A DNA stretch of 64,000 nt from Paramecium tetraurelia (taxonomy: Eukaryota). This document shows positions 38,942-54,064 of this stretch, piece after piece (position 1 is the first letter of the stretch; the number at the start of each line of letters is the position of its first letter). The stretch covers positions 124,001 to 188,000 of the forward strand of contig CT868452.1 of the NCBI GenBank assembly GCA_000165425.1. Reading direction: 5' to 3'. A program made the position numbers and the translations under genes. The notes beneath the pieces were generated by a model. The model saw only the letters and a program-made list of their open reading frames with translations, had not been told where the DNA came from and did not search any database.

Positions 38942-40106
38942 ATGAAAAATTGTGTAAGATAAGCATTCAGATCAAATTCAGCATTAAGAGGAGCATGGTC
39001 ATAAAATTATTTATAAAGACCAGGAGAAGGACAATTAAAAAATGTGACTGTGCTTCCAGGAGATGGAATAGGTCCTGAAATTACTAGTATCTATTTAAAA
39101 TAATCAAATAAGGAAGTGTCATGTAGGTTTTCGAAGCTTTACATGTACCTATAAAATTCGATGTGTTGGAAAATTTCAATTTTGATAATGATGAATAAAG
39201 AAGTTTGTTGAAAAAAAATGAATGCATCTTATTGGGAGTCATGACTGAAAAAAATTAAAAATATACAGATAATTACAGATTTTATAAATACTTAGATTTA
39301 TATGCCAATATTACTTTTGCATTTTCAGTTGAAGGCATCAAATAGAGACATAACAACACAGACATTGTTGTCATTAGAGAGAATACAGAGGGTATAACTT
39401 ATAAATCTAAAGTAATAGGAGAATATTCAGGAGTCGAACATGAAGTCTATCCAGGAGTCGTTGAATCAATCAAAGTTACAACTAAACAAGCATCTCTAAG
39501 AATTGCTGAATATGCATTTGAATTTGCTCATCTAAGTGGAAGAAAGAAGGTCACTGCAGTCCATAAAGCAAATATAATGAAGTTGGTTGATGGACTATTT
39601 CTATCTGCCCATAGAGAAGTTGCATAAAAATATCCTTTTATAAAATACGAAGAAATGATTATTGATAATTGTTGTATGTAGTTGGTGAAGAATCCTACTT
39701 AATTTGATGTGATGGTCATGCCTAATTTATATGGTTCAATTGTTCAAAATGTAGTGGCTGGTATTACAGGAGGAGTAGGAATGGCTGCAGGTGCATCTAT
39801 TGGTAGGGATCACGCTCTCTTTTCACAAGGATGTAGACATACAGGTAGAGATATAGCAGGTATAAATTAATTACAAATTAGGAAAAAATATTGTCAATCC
39901 TTCGGCTTTGCTTGTGTCCTCTTCGTTATTATTGAGACACTTAGGATTGCCCAATTTTGCTGATTAAATATGCAGTGCTGTTTAAGAAACTATTCAAGAT
40001 AGAAAAGTATTTTAATTATTAATTATAGCTTAAAACTAAAGATATTGGAGGTAAAGCCAGTACTGAATAATTTACAAAAGAGGTTATCAAATGCTTAGGC
40101 AAGTGA
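38942..40106 (+). CDS. Mitochondrial NAD-dependent isocitrate dehydrogenase, non-catalytic (IDH1/IDH3B-G type) subunit
   Basis: [40 protein letters not shown] and [26 protein letters not shown]; the catalytic-subunit YGDILSD aspartates are replaced. Confidence 0.9.
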
Positions 40107-40659
40107 TTAATTATTATTCACGATTATCAAATCCACATCAATTAAATATATTTCTATCTCTTTTATTATATTATAAAGAATGTTAATAGATCAAAATAAT
40201 TCAAATACGGTTATGCTAAACAAAATAGTAAGAAAATAATAATTAAATTAAAACATCATTATTAGACCAACAATTATCTACTATTTTTTTCAATTAGAAT
40301 TAATAAAATTTATCATATATAATCAATTAAAAATCAACAAAATAATGGCATTTTTATTAGATTTCCATTTACTCAATAATTATGAATGTAAATAACTATC
40401 TTATTAAATCAAGATTTAATCCAAGTTATTTAACAAGGTGGTTAAAGTTCATTGCTTATTTATAGTTATTTTAAATGCTATTAGTTGTTTTTAATTAAAA
40501 AATTGCTTCACTCAACTTTTTAATTATAAATAGATATTTCTTTATTTTATAAGGTTTTACTCATATATTCTTGATTTAAAATATGTCACTATTATAATTT
40601 AATTAGTTTTATTTTTTTCGAATATCAATTGACATCTTACGTTTCCACTCATAAAGTTT

Positions 40660-41840
40660 ATGAGTAAAAGATACAACTTATTGATATTTAATGGCATTTT
40701 TAATATGAAATTAATTATAATAATGATTCATAACTTATTAATAATAGTATTTTTTGCTTTATGGACTTTCCTTTTTATCCTTTTGATCTTAATAGGCTAT
40801 TTTCTAGAAAAAAAATATAAGTTAGCAGCCATAACTCCTGAGGTTAAACAATAAACACCATAAGATAGTGTGGTTTATATTAATCATATGTTAATTTCTA
40901 ACATTTAGAAGCAGTCTTAGTAAAAGAATGATAGTTAATTGGTGGAGGAATTGGTGAGCAACCAAAGAACAATCTCATAATAAAAGATTCAAGAGTAGGT
41001 TAGTAAGAATGAAGTTAAAATTGAATACACATCAACCTAAAAGGAATCAACTGCTAAGGTGCAATAAATGAAGGCCAATAAATAATAGAAATAGACACCA
41101 ACATAGACTATATTCTCAAGAAAACCTATCATAGGAATTCTGGAAGGAATGGATACTCTGTAATCTACGAATCGAAAAAGTGTACGATCAAGATAGTCAG
41201 CAAATAATAGTGAGAGAAACAGCGTTTTTGGATCGAGTTTGAATTAACAACACATCAACCAAGCAAAGATACATTCAAGTTCAACTTTTTAGACGAATGG
41301 AAATTTACTTGGTATCTAGAATGATTAAATTCCCAAACCAGCCAAGGAATATTATGTACTAAAAATTTTTTAAATTAGAAATGTAATTCATTTGCTAAAA
41401 TATTTTACAGTCACAAGATTGGATTATCAAGAATTTTTATGCTTTCATAAATTTATTTTCGACAAATGCTTTGCTTCGAAATTTGTGGAGCATTATTACT
41501 ATTTGACTCACAATTATAGTATTATTATATCATGGGATCTTCATGTGGAGCATATATGGGTCTCAAAATATTCGACTATTACATGATTAAATGTATATGC
41601 AAGGATGGGAGAGGTTGCCTTGTCAGATTGATTAGTTATTTGATGTGGGCAAGCGAATTGGCTATTTTAGTCTTGGGAATCATGTATTATGAAGTTAATA
41701 ATTTCATTTGTCTGCAATATTATGCTCCTAGTTTAGTTTTGGAGTTATTTATTATAGACCCAATGAGATATTTCTTAATTAAAAATTGCTAGGCCTAACC
41801 AAGAATCATAATAAATAAGAAGTCATAGATTATTAAATGA
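40660..41840 (+). CDS. Hypothetical multi-pass membrane protein (start codon uncertain)
   Basis: N-terminal TM helix (IVFFALWTFLFILLILIGYFL), long Gln/Ser loop, then about 4 hydrophobic segments ending LVLELFIIDPMRYFL; one intron. Confidence 0.65.
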
Positions 41841-41876
41841 GTTAGATTGTATTTTATATTAATTATTTAATTTTTG

Positions 41877-43676
41877 ATGTCTCATAAATTTTATAGCATA
41901 AGTACAAAAGTGTCTAGTTAAGATAATGTGAAAATAATTAGAATATAATCTAATAAAAATCAAAAATCTCATAATAATCTCATCAATCCAAGTAAGATTG
42001 ACCCTGAAACTTTGAGTCACCAGAACATTCAAATGAAATCTTAAATCAACTCGTTGTCAGAAGAAGTCTAGGCTTGGAAATTAAAATATCAATAACTCTA
42101 AGTATTGATTGATTTAAGAATAGAGAGACTCTGCCCAGAATCTCATGTTCGATAATAGTAAAACATTTTTAATATCCCTGAAATAATAACTCAAAAAATT
42201 GGAATCAGATTTTGGTGACAAGATTAAATAGATAGAAGAATATAAGAAGATGATCAATGTTACTAAATATTAAGAATTGCAAGTATAATTGACATCTTAT
42301 GATCTTAGGTTGAATTATTTAATTACTAATAATAAGCCCTATTACAGTAATAGGAGATAAATGATTTGAAGGAACAATTAAAAGAGCATTAGAATCTCCA
42401 AATAGAGGGTCTGTATTAGAAACAAGAAAAGACAATTTAGAAAATATCCAAAAGAAATCACGATCTTAAATTAGAAAATATAAATCTGAAAACTGAGAGA
42501 CATTTTTTAACTGGATAAATTGAATCCTTAAAAACTTAATTGATAATTAAAGACAAAGAAATTAGAAGATTAATCTCTTTTTAAAAGAAATTAGAGGAGA
42601 ATCAATAACATTAGAATACAGTAACCAAAACAAGATAATAGATCTTTAGAGAATCTCTCGAAAATGCTCAATTACAAGAACAATTAAACCAATTAGAATT
42701 TCGGTATTCTTCTGACATCAAAGATAAAGATCAAGAAATCAGTGATTTAAAACTTTAGTTGTTTGAATAAGGAGAATTAAGAAAATAATTGGAGAAATTC
42801 CAACAAACTTCTTAAGAATAAAAAATTAATTTGCTTGAAATTCAGAAAGTAGAATCTAGATAAAATTCAACTAGAAAATTAAAAATATCACTTAATAATT
42901 CAGGGATATCATAACAATAATAAAATTATTCAGTGCTAAGATAATCTAGTTAATAATATAAATAGAGTGTACAAATGGATTTATCTAAAATATAAAATAC
43001 AGAATTTACTAAATATTATAATGAGATGGATGAGAGTGAAAAATAATTATCATAAGTCAATAAGTAATAGAAAAAGGTTATTCGAGTGAATTTATATGAT
43101 GTGACTCATTTCGGCTTAGAAATCAAATTTAAGTTATTAAGTAAGGAGTTCTCATTGCAAGACATAGAAATGTTATTTGAAAAGTATGATTAATAGATTA
43201 AGATTCATGAGTTATTAGATTTGCTGCTCTAAGACCCATTTAAAATTCAGAGTTATGATTAAAGAAAACTCATTGCGAGGTATTTAGTAGAAGATAACAA
43301 CGAGGATTATGTTGTGTATGACGCATTAAAAGGTAATGACACTTAAATAGTCTTGAGTGTCTTCAAACAATTAATTGGGAAATATGAATTGTTTACAAAG
43401 AGGGAAATTAATTCAATAGAAAATGAATTGAAAGTACTTTTTGAGAGATCCCACTTTTAATTCAATGATTAAATCTAATAATTAATTGTAAAGAAGAAAC
43501 ACTTGAGACCTGGTTAATGTGAAAAAGCAGATTTTGAATAAGCTATCAAATTTTCGGAATTAAATTTAAGTCCTAGATAATTGGAATATATTTATTTCCT
43601 TAATTATACATTTTTCCAGGATTTATAGATAATTTATTATCAAAATGTGATGACTTATTTTAATAAATCTAAATGA
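41877..43676 (+). CDS. Hypothetical coiled-coil protein with C-terminal globular domain
   Basis: MSHKFYSIST...; coiled coil, then KIHELLDLLLQDPFKI..RKLIARYLVEDN; TGA 43674-43676. Confidence 0.7.
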
Positions 43677-43790
43677 ATTCAATTCTATAAACTATCAAAT
43701 ATCTTTTCTGTACTATAAAATTTCATTTGCGCATTAGTTTTAGAATTAATTTATAAGCATTTCTATATTAATAAATTTAATTAATTTCAA

Positions 43791-45674
43791 ATGAAATTTA
43801 AAGATTTTTAGAAATTGAATCAGAAAGACATTCTCTATGGAGGACTTGCTATAGTTCTATCTAGTGGTTTTAGTGCGTGGGCATTAGGTAAATTAGTTGG
43901 TTTTATTAATCATAAAAAAATGGAGAGGATTTGTACAAGAAAACGATAAGCAACGATTGAAGCCATTAATAATTATAAATTAAATCATCAACCATGTTAA
44001 TTGAGCTAAGATCTTTAAAAATAGATACTTAACGGTAGTGTTGCTTAAATAAAATAATTATTGTATGAAGGAAAAACAACTGTTCAATAAATTGTGCTGG
44101 TCTTCATTGAAAGAATTCTTAAAGTGGCATGTTCAGACAAACTCAATATCATAACAGAGATCAATTTTATAGAAGCATTAGAAGAAGCCAAGTACAATTG
44201 ATTAATAATATAGAAAATTAGATGAAGAGATCAAATAAGATAAAAATGTTATCAATAAGTATGCTTTGTTTGGCATTCCAGTTTCAGTTAAAGAAACGTT
44301 CCTTTAGAAAAACTTTGACTCCACTTTTGGGTTGGGAGTAAATTGTTTTAAGCCTTCATAAGAAGATGGAATACAAGTTGCCTAAATTAGACAAGCTAAG
44401 GGTATTATCATAGCCAGGACTAATGTTCCTCAAGTGGCGATGACATTTGAATCAGTAAATCTCGTTTACGGAAGAACAAAGAATCCATGGAATCCAAGCA
44501 GAGCCGTTGGAGGATCTTCAGGAGGAGAAGGAGCAATAGCAGCTGCAAGAGGAAGTGTATTGGGAATCGGATCAGATATAGGTGGCAGTATCCGTATACC
44601 AGCTGCATTTTGCGGTGTATATGGATTCAAACCCTATAGCGGAAGAATACCAGATTATGGTGAGGCTAAGATTTCACTTGCAGTTTCAGGAGGAATGTAA
44701 CTGAAAATATCAAGAGGACCCATAGCTAGATGCGTTGATGATTTGATTGTTCTAACAAAGGTTTTATTTGACAAGGAAATTTATTCAAAAATTCCTTAGT
44801 AAATAAAGGATCCTTATTTTGAACCACAAGAATTAAAGGAATTTCCTGATAAGAAAAAATTAAGAGTAGGATATTTTGATATTTTTAATGGGTTAATAAC
44901 TCCTAATTGTATGAAAAGAGCAGTGCATGAAGCTTGTTAAGCATTGTAGCAATAAGGACATGAAATTGTTGAATTTAAAGTAGATAAATAAGTGTAAAGT
45001 GTTATTGCTAATTGCTTCTTAAAAATAGTGGTTGCTGATGGAGGAATGAGATCATACATAGATGCTTTGAATGGTTAAAATTTTATTGAAGAATACGACC
45101 TTTTAGTATAGGATTCTAATACTTCCTTGGGAATCAAAAATTATATTTTAGCACCATTGTTTAAGTTATTTGGATAAAAGACACTTTTAGAATATAACTA
45201 CAATGGTAAAGTCGATGTATATTAATACTTGGTTGACTCAGCTACTAGAAAACAAACAAAATTTGCATTTTGTCAATCTATTATTGATCAAGGTCTAGAT
45301 GTAATAATCTCTCCTGCTTTTGGATTACCAGCAGTGAAACATGGAGGATCTAAAGAACTGGCATTTACTGCGTATATCTATTATAATATTCTAGCTTATA
45401 TACTTGGATGTGGAATGTTGTAGATTTCCCTGCAGGTAGTCTACCTATAACTTTAGTGCAAAATGATCAAGATTTGGAAATAAATGGTTAATAAAATTCA
45501 ATAGATCTTGTTTATAGATTTATGAAGAGTGATTTATAAGGAGCCGTAGGTCTTCCAGTCAACGTCTAGGTTTCAGCCCTACCAAATAAAGATGAAATGG
45601 TCCTTAGAGTAATGAAGGAGATTGAGGCTGTTGTGAAGTTTAATTCAAAACATCCATATCCTGAATTAAACTGA
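43791..45674 (+). CDS. Amidase signature enzyme (fatty-acid amide hydrolase-like) with N-terminal TM helix
   Basis: LFGIPVSVKE, RTNVPQ, NPWNPSRAVGGSSGGEGA, GSDIGGSIRIPAAFCG (intact Lys-Ser-Ser triad) and GLPVNVQV. Confidence 0.92.
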
Positions 45675-46017
45675 AGGATTAAATGTGAGTATTAAATATA
45701 TAGATACATTATAATCATTTCTTAAGTGCTAAAATATAAGGCCCACTTAGATAGGTTTTAGAATTAATTTATATGAAATCTTTATTGCTCTACGTTTTTA
45801 TTTTAATATTGCTGAATAGTTTAGAAATAATATTTGATAAAATTTGTATTTTTGGATTGAACTCTTATATTTTAAAAAATAGAATAGTTAAATGCATTTA
45901 ATTTCTTATAAAATATCATTTTTGGCATGCAGATGATGAAAGTCCTAGGATATGAAGATGAGATTACAATAATTTGAATAGAGTAGGCTAATTATATTAA
46001 ATTTGATAATTAAAATA

Positions 46018-48018
46018 ATGAATTAATAACAGAATCAGCAATAAACTCCTAGGGGGAGGTTTCTTAGGGAATTGGAGAAAAATTCATCATGTGAAAATTG
46101 GGAGGAAGGATCTGGAGCCAAATACGGAAAATTGTTGCTTTTGATATTTCAAATGATTTTCTATTGTGTATTAGTTTATAGTTTTGCATTTGGAAATCCC
46201 AAAGAGCTTGGATAACCTTTTGATGTTGATAGTACGTATATATTAAAAATTTAAAGATTCTCCATGTGGGGCAGGCACTGGAAAGGAAGATTATAAATTT
46301 GCATATTTTGTTAACCCTGATAGTGAAGAATTCCTATATAGAACCTTGTGTCTTAAGGAATGTCCTAAAGTTGAAAATAAAATGGCAGAAGCTGATGGTA
46401 ATGGAACTGAATAATTAATTTTAGATTCTGTTGTATTGGAATGCCATCCAAATATAGAGATCGCGTCATGTGATGTTCGAGTTCAACCTGATCATCCTGA
46501 ATTTAATGTTCTGTACTATGATACCATTCCTTTTATAAATGTTTGTGCACCAACTGAAAAATAACGATTATAAAATGTGATGAAAGCCCTTTAAAAGCCC
46601 TTCATTGTTAGAGTATTGTCAGACTTTTATCATTCAAAATTTATTTTCATTGGTTTAGCATTACTAGCTCTTGGATTAAAGTACCAAGTTTCATAATATC
46701 TATAGTTTCCTCATTATCTATAAGATAGATGACTACCCACGTTTTGTGATCTGGATGATAGTTGTAATAGCAGTTTTGGGATTTTTCAGAAGTAGTTTTC
46801 TAGGTGTTATATATGCTTAACGTTTACAATAGCATGGTTAAATTGAATCAGAACACAGATTATCTGAAGAGGAGGTTATTGGCTATTTGCATTCAAATTA
46901 TGTTGATTCTAAAACGATATTCATAATCAGCATCATCTTCCTTGTTTTTGGTTTGATAGCTTTGATATTTACTATTATTTGGCGAAAGAGTATAACTGCA
47001 GTTGGACAGAAGGCTGAAATTATGAATAATTACTATTTAATTTCTCAACCGGATGAAAATGTGAATTATTTAGGATCTTTGTTGAAAGTATTTTTGGGTC
47101 TGACAGTGTTGTTGGCAGTCTTTTTTATGTTTATATTGATGGCTCTTTTTTACTTATTTACAACATGTTCACCCAAGAGTGAAGAACATTAATTAGCTTT
47201 TGAATCATTTTAGATTGATACTATTGAAATCATATTCTTTACCATTATAGCTGTTGAATTAGTGTTGGTTCCATTTCTTGTCATTGGATTTAGCAAATTG
47301 TTAATAATCAACATTATTATTGAAATCTACAAATAATAAGTTTTAGAGGTTGATGCTGACTACTTACAAAATTTAAATTTAAATCTTAAACAAAGGAATT
47401 TATAGGATTGTATTGGTAAAACTGTTAGATATCATTTCGGAGAGTTGATGTGGGGAATGTTTAGATTGTATTTTGCATTTTGCTCTAAACCAATATTTTT
47501 AAGTGGATTTAGATCCTTCATTTCAGTTTGTCTGACATAACAAGGCTTTTTGTAATCAGCATAAAATCAATTGGAATATGATCAATAATTACAAAATAAA
47601 AATAGAAAACACTATTAAGGATTTGATTATTAATTAATCGTTAGTTTTGGGGTTTCTAATATCTGTATCATAGTATATATGGAATTATTACTCTTTTCAC
47701 CTGCTTGTCTAGCAATACACGCTCCTCCATATTAAATCTTGGCAATTTACCTCTTTACTTTTATGGTAATAAGATCTTTTAACTTTCTAGATATCCTATT
47801 TGTTTTCTACACTCTACGGAATGGGAATGGATGCACTTAAATTCCTACTTTACAAGGATCTAAATGAAGATCCTAACAATAATTATATTGGAGCTAGTGT
47901 CTAAGCCTAATTTAGAATGATAGCCCTTCCTTAGATTTCGGTGCCACCTTAAGAATTAGAAGAATTTTTAAATAATCAAGTTGAAACATTTTAAGGATTT
48001 TAGTAAAATTAAAATTGA
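46018..48018 (+). CDS. Choline transporter-like (CTL/SLC44/Pns1) family protein, divergent
   Basis: AFGNPKELGQPFDVD..PCGAG..FAYF..RTLCLKECP extracellular loop, about 10 TM segments and VRYHFGELMWG (cf. YHLGSLAFG). Confidence 0.75.
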
Positions 48019-48390
48019 TTTAAAAATTTATTATAATACAAATTAACTTATGATTTAATTTTTGGAATATTAACTTAAATTATCTTTAAAATAGTCTACA
48101 AAGAATTTATGGCCTAGTTGATAGATTCTCCTATATTATTAACATTCTGATCTTACATTCTTCAACTATGATTGCGAACATTTTAACAATACAATTTATT
48201 TGGTTAATAATGGTCTCCTTTTTGGCACTTATAACTTACTATCAAAGCATTTTCACCTATTTCTACATTATATATTACAATAATAAATAAACAATTTAAA
48301 AATTGAAACCAATATGGATTTTTAATCAATGTTGCTACATAACTTTAATAATCATTCTCATTTTTTAAAGAGAATTAATTGAAAAATTAA

Positions 48391-49315
48391 ATGAAAATTC
48401 TACTTTTTGCACTCTCTATCATTTTAATAAGTGGAAATGAGTGTTCGTTAAAGAAATAAACTTGCAAAGACCAAAAGACTAAATAATAATGCATTGGTAC
48501 AGACTGGAAAGCTTCATGGTGTCGTTGGGAAGATTCTTGTTTTACTTACAGTTATGCGTCTTGTTATTACTCCTTTAGTGAATAAGAGTGTTTAGAGAGG
48601 CCTGATAATGAATGTTATTGGTAAAATGGGGAGTGCTTGACAAAGTATTAATCATAATATTCTTCAAAAGTGAAGTTAAATGTGAAAATATTAAGACCTA
48701 TGAAAAATGTAGTCATATATCAAAGGGGTATACAGTATCTTGTACATGGAAGTATGGGCGTTGTCTAAATGTTGAGAAATGTTCTGAAATAACAGATTTC
48801 AAATAATGCAGAAACGCTTATATGAAAGACAGGTATTGAAATTCATATTTTTAAAAGATGCCAGTATGTTATTAATAACGTAGCTTCTGATAAGGAGAAG
48901 GAGTATATCTTTGCTGCAGATATTTTTGATTATAACAGTTGCAGAAATGAAGATTGCGTATTTAGCATACATTCTGATTGTCCTGAATTTAGAAATGGAA
49001 GAAGATGCTTCTTAAAATCAGAATTATGCACATAATGTTCATATTAAACCAATGCGTTTGATTGTATATCCACCTAAAAATGCACTTGGCAAAATCATGA
49101 ATGTTCAAATATTCTGTAATATTTAGTTACTATAATAATTTAGATGTTCTCAAATCACAAGTAAAAGATTGTGTAATGAATTCAGCTATTGCCAATATGA
49201 TTTTACTACTTAAAGTTGCTAGATTAAAAATAACGATAAGAAAAGTCATTGTTATAATTATAACATTCGATCTGATCCTGTAAAAACAAAATATAATAGT
49301 TTCTTTGGTTTATGA
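48391..49315 (+). CDS. Secreted Cys-rich surface (mini-antigen-like) protein
   Basis: Signal peptide MKILLFALSIILISG and periodic Cys with C-x-W repeats (CRW, CYW, CTW, CTW), typical of Paramecium surface-antigen repeats. Confidence 0.75.
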
Positions 49316-49336
49316 AATCTTATATTTATATTAAAA

Positions 49337-50550
49337 TCATTAAAATTGCTATAAAATTTATTGCTTAGTTAAAGTAGGAAAGACAATTGAATCAGATGCT
49401 TTTTGGACAGTATTTTATCTTGTAGGAGTTAGAGCTTGACGATACGTAATTATTTATTGATTCTGCTATAATGGTTACAAATTTTATAATGATTTCTATT
49501 TATAATATTCGCATTCTTGATTCTTCTTTTCCAAAAGGTGTGTTAAAGCTTGAAGTTGATTGGCCAATTCTAATAATTACTGATTCTAATGTTAATAATT
49601 CATCGGTTATTGTTATTGTAATTGATTAGATAATTATTATATCTATATTTAATATTGCTAAATTTATTGATTCTATTACTAAATCTGTTGCGACAGTAAA
49701 TTAAACTAATTTATTAAAAATACTTTACTTAATTGATGTAAGAATTTAAATCCTTTTGCAATTATTAATTTTGATTTCTAAGCAGTGAGTCTTCTTTACT
49801 TTTTTCATCCAAGATCTTCCTGAGAGCAAATAACTCATTTTCGTATGATTATTTTTGATTTAGTAATTATGTTTCTAAATTACTTATACGTTCTATATGA
49901 TGTTGATCCTTCATAGCCAATTCAGTTTCTTTTTATTTTTCTAATTATCTATACTTTTATTCCCAAATATTATCAGTGTTTTGAATAGGAGTGAAGTAGT
50001 TTTTTTGTTGTAGTGCCAATATCTGTTATCTCAAATCCTGAACCAATTATTATAAGTAAACTTTCTCTTGCATTTCTTCAATATTATTATTGCTTACGCT
50101 TCTATAACTGTACTCGCGATTATTTTTGGGAGTGTGAGAATTATAAGAAGGTTATGGTTTTTAGCTTTAGATTCTTGATGAATACTTAATTTCTTCAATT
50201 TCTTGCTCGTATTATTGCTTCTGTTATTTTATTTCACTTTTTAATTTATTAATTTCTTCCTGTTATTCGTTGTTGACTTTTTATAAGTTCTGCTCCTATT
50301 CTTGCATTCTTTTCTCGATTTGTTGTATTGTATTCCACAAATCAGGTTTGTGGTTGTTGTAATTTTATTTGTAATCCCTTATACTTGGTTTGAGATCCAG
50401 CATCTATTCTAATTGTTCTCGATATTGTTCAGAAGAGCTCTACAAGATGTCATCGGTTAGAGTTTCATTATTTTACAATTGGCTGATTGGACTCTATTGT
50501 AATTTAGGACCCTTATGGGTTCGCTGAGAAGGAGGTGTTATTTTATACAT
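49337..50550 (-). CDS. Hypothetical Gln-rich coiled-coil protein
   Basis: MYKITPPSQRTHKGP...LTHLLEKKNQECEYYK...TKQQILQQFQ*. Confidence 0.7.
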
Positions 50551-50577
50551 AAAGAAATTACTAATTATATTTATATA

Positions 50578-51533
50578 TCAAACAACCTCATAAGCCATTC
50601 CCATTCTCCTTAATTTGAGTCTCTGAAATTGCAAACCTTATTCTTCCTCCTTCTTTAAAACCCACTGAAACATTCTAAACATAATATACAATATTCCTGC
50701 GACAAATGAAGCAAAATAAAGTTGCTCTCTTGACACTTCCAAATACACTCCCTTTCTGTGATAGGCTTCCACCTTTTCTTGATATTCTCTCATTTGTCTA
50801 TCAGATATGGGGATTAATGGAGTGTGTCTGAATTCTTCAACTGGTCTTAGTTTCAAAAATCTATGAGCGTGCTCGTTTTCGATTGTGCCAGGTATAGATA
50901 TATTGAGTGCCCTATTCTCTCTGATTTCTTCCATGTATTTATTGTTATTCAGTAAAGCATAGGGTATGGCATCTTCTTTTAATGTTTCTTTCATCTCGCT
51001 TCTCACTTCATAAAAAGGTCTGACTGCATTTCCATACAAGCCTTCTTTAAATTGTTAAATTGCATTTTCGTACTCTTAATAAGAAGTATGCTCATTCAAT
51101 TTCAGAATATCAAACATCTTCATTGTCACTGTCTTGGGAGGTCTGCAAATTAATATTGACACAAATTCATTACTCCACTTTCTCCACTGTGAGATCCAAT
51201 CCCACATTTTTTATAGGTAAACCATATTTTAATGGCAAATCTTATCTAGTGGGTTGTTTCGGTTCTTCTTTCGGAGTTATTTCTTATTGGGCCTTTTTTT
51301 GGATGATATCCAATAGTTCATTGATATTGGATTTCTCATACAAGGAGTCGATTGTAACTTGATTATTCTGATTCTATTAGATGTTGTTTGCAGCAGACTC
51401 TTCCTCCTTAAAAAGTATTCTCGATATATCCTCTTCGGATAGTTTAGTGGAATCCTTATAAATTCTTGATTAACTATCATGAATACTTCTGGGAGGCGAA
51501 TCTCCATAATCTTCTATTTGTAAATAAGAGCAT
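50578..51533 (-). CDS. Hypothetical single-TM protein, possibly mitochondrial
   Basis: Presequence-like MLLFTNRRLWRFASQK, two introns, C-terminal TM helix LYFASFVAGILYIMFRMF; ends RRMGMAYEVV*. Confidence 0.7.
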
Positions 51534-51610
51534 AATTAAATTATTAATAGAGATGAATTAGATATTGGTAACAATTTTCATAGATAAATATAGATAAAAT
51601 CCAAAATTAT

Positions 51611-53113
51611 TCATAAATCAATTAATTATAAGTGCAATTGATGCATTTCACAAAGTTACTTGAATCCCTTTAAATTAATTTCCCTATATGGGTCTTCGTC
51701 AATTTATACCAGAACGACCTCAATAACATCAAATGTCTTTTTGTCCAACTCATCTAAGCTAAGATTATCTTTGCTTATGTATCCGTTCTTATCACTATCT
51801 AGTAGATTGAAAATTCTCTAAATATTTAAATCAAATAATGATTATTAGCTTGATTACGATGGAATTCTCGTTTCAGATTGACTAAAAGAATTCTTGCTCT
51901 ATAATCGAGATTGCATTTTCTACAAATCCTAAGCAATCTGGATATCTTCGTATTCCTTCATTTCACTAACCTTCTTATAAGTAGAATCTTTATTGATACA
52001 CGGTTTGAAAGTCACTTGATTTGAAGTTTAAATTTGGTACTCTTGTCTAATAAATAAAATTAGTTAGATTACTTTTTCTTCTCTATTCTTTTTTATTTTT
52101 CTTCATGTTCTTTAACTAATTTATCTACCAATTTCTTTTGATATGATGCAGTGTGTTTAATTTCATTATTTTAAGGATTAGGATGGAATGGATGAATTTT
52201 AGAGAATTCTCTATTTTAAAATTCTTCCTTCTTTTTCTTATCCTCCTTAGCTTAACAATAGAGTTTATCATGAATTGGAGTATTTGATCTATTTTGAGAA
52301 TGATTTCTACTTGTGTCCGTGATTCTAGGTTAAAAAGGAGATTATTTTCTTTCCTATTCTTACATTTACATTCTTTGTTTTTCTTTCTTTTAATTCAAAT
52401 CTAACCCCTTTTAATACAATTGACTTCCAATATTATTAATAGAACAATCAGGTCTACTTAATTTCTTTTATTCAGCCATCTACCTGGATCTGGGAGAAAT
52501 TAAAGGTTAAAAAGTAGCTTGTTGTTATTCCAATTAAGATTTTTAGAGTTTATGTTATTGAGCCTTTTCCTATTTGATTTTTTGCTTATCCAAGCCGTCT
52601 CGATAGAGTCTTTCATTAGTTGAGACTTTTTTATTATCGTTGAAAGCTAAAATAAATTTAAAATTATATACATCTGGCTGAACTAGGAACATTCCACAAT
52701 ACTGTATTTTAAGTAACAGCACTAATTTACTTCAGATCGGTTTTTTTATTTATGATTTATTACCATTTTTCATAACTCTTTTAGGCTGAGTTTTAATTCT
52801 CATCAACACTACTAGCCTAGGTTGTAATGCCAACCTCACTTTGCTAACTTGAACTAGGGTACAGTAATTGACGAGAAATGTCATTCTGACCAAAGCTGTC
52901 TCCAAATCGAGGCGATGATTCTCTTTTCAATTGTTCATTTATTTGATTAATCAAATAGACAACGCAATCTTGTCCCAAGTAATGCTTTTAACAGAACACT
53001 CTAACGATGTGTTCAATGTCCTCACCTTCATACACTCTTATTTCTTCATCTCGATCATTCATCTATAGACTAACAATGGCAATTGGCAAATGTTCTGTTT
53101 TAATTGAATACAT
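51611..53113 (-). CDS. Hypothetical protein with F-x-P-x-I repeats and C-terminal EF-hand
   Basis: Repeats TFQPLIS, PFQPRIT, PFHPNP and TFKPCIN; RIFNLLDSDKNGYIS EF-hand loop. Confidence 0.75.
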
Positions 53114-53319
53114 AATAATTATGCAATTTATTAATGTAATTAGTTTTATCAAGTTGTAATTTATTTGATTATTTCAAATAATTAAGTTCCTCATTTTAAA
53201 ATAAACCAAACTTGATAAATCAATTCGCCACTGTTACTAGTGTGTTCTTGTTACTCTCATTAAAACTTGAAGAGCGTGAGTATTTAAATAAATAATCAAA
53301 GACATATATTGAAAAATAC

Positions 53320-54064
53320 TCAACAACATCCCTCACTACTCTTTTTTGATTTACTCTGAGGTGTCTTCTGTTCTGACAGCACTACAGGGTCTGTTTCCAC
53401 TTAAACTACCTTCTTTGCTGTTTTAGATCCTATTGTGTGAAAAATATCTATTGATATCATGAGAATGCTGTACTTGCTACAATCTTGTTGAATGCAACAT
53501 CTATATTAGTCCCATCTAATGCTGAAGTTTCTATAAACCCTATCTTCTGTTATTCACAAAAGTTCGAAGCCTCATCTGTTCGCACAGCCTATATAATCAT
53601 CAGGGCTTACTCTTTAATCAACTGCATCAGTTTTATTTCCAATCATTATAATTACAATGTTCCCGTCTGCATGTTCCTTTAACTCTGCTAGCCATTTTTC
53701 TGTGTTCTTGAAAGTGGGCTCTCTCGTTACGTCATAACAAATAAATGCTCCCACAGCTCCCCTATAATATGCATTTGTAATGGCTCTATATCTAAAATAT
53801 AATTTATTCGAAAACCTTACCTCTCTTAACCCGCAGTGTCCCATATCTAACACTTAACAGATTTCCCTGATTGTTGAAGTGTCTTCGTTGCAAATTCAAC
53901 TCCAATCGTTGGCTTCGACTCAAGTTGGAAATCATTATTGATGAATCTCTTTAAAATATTTGTTTTCCCCACTCCAGAATCTCCTAAAATGTTTAATCAT
54001 CAAACTCACCTATCAAAACAATCTTGAATAAGAAATCATACTCCTCATCATTTGTTCTGGTCAT
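53320..54064 (-). CDS. RAB11: Rab11-subfamily small GTPase
   Basis: [67 protein letters not shown] and C-terminal CC. Confidence 0.93.

Noticed and set aside
38942..40106. Loss of catalytic aspartates in the IDH gene as a novelty
   Set aside because: This is the normal state of non-catalytic NAD-IDH subunits.
45928..45965. GATGATGAAAGTCCTAGGATATGAAG resembling a hammerhead core or snoRNA C box
   Set aside because: It lacks the CUGA start and GAAA of a hammerhead, has no flanking stems and has no nearby CTGA D box.
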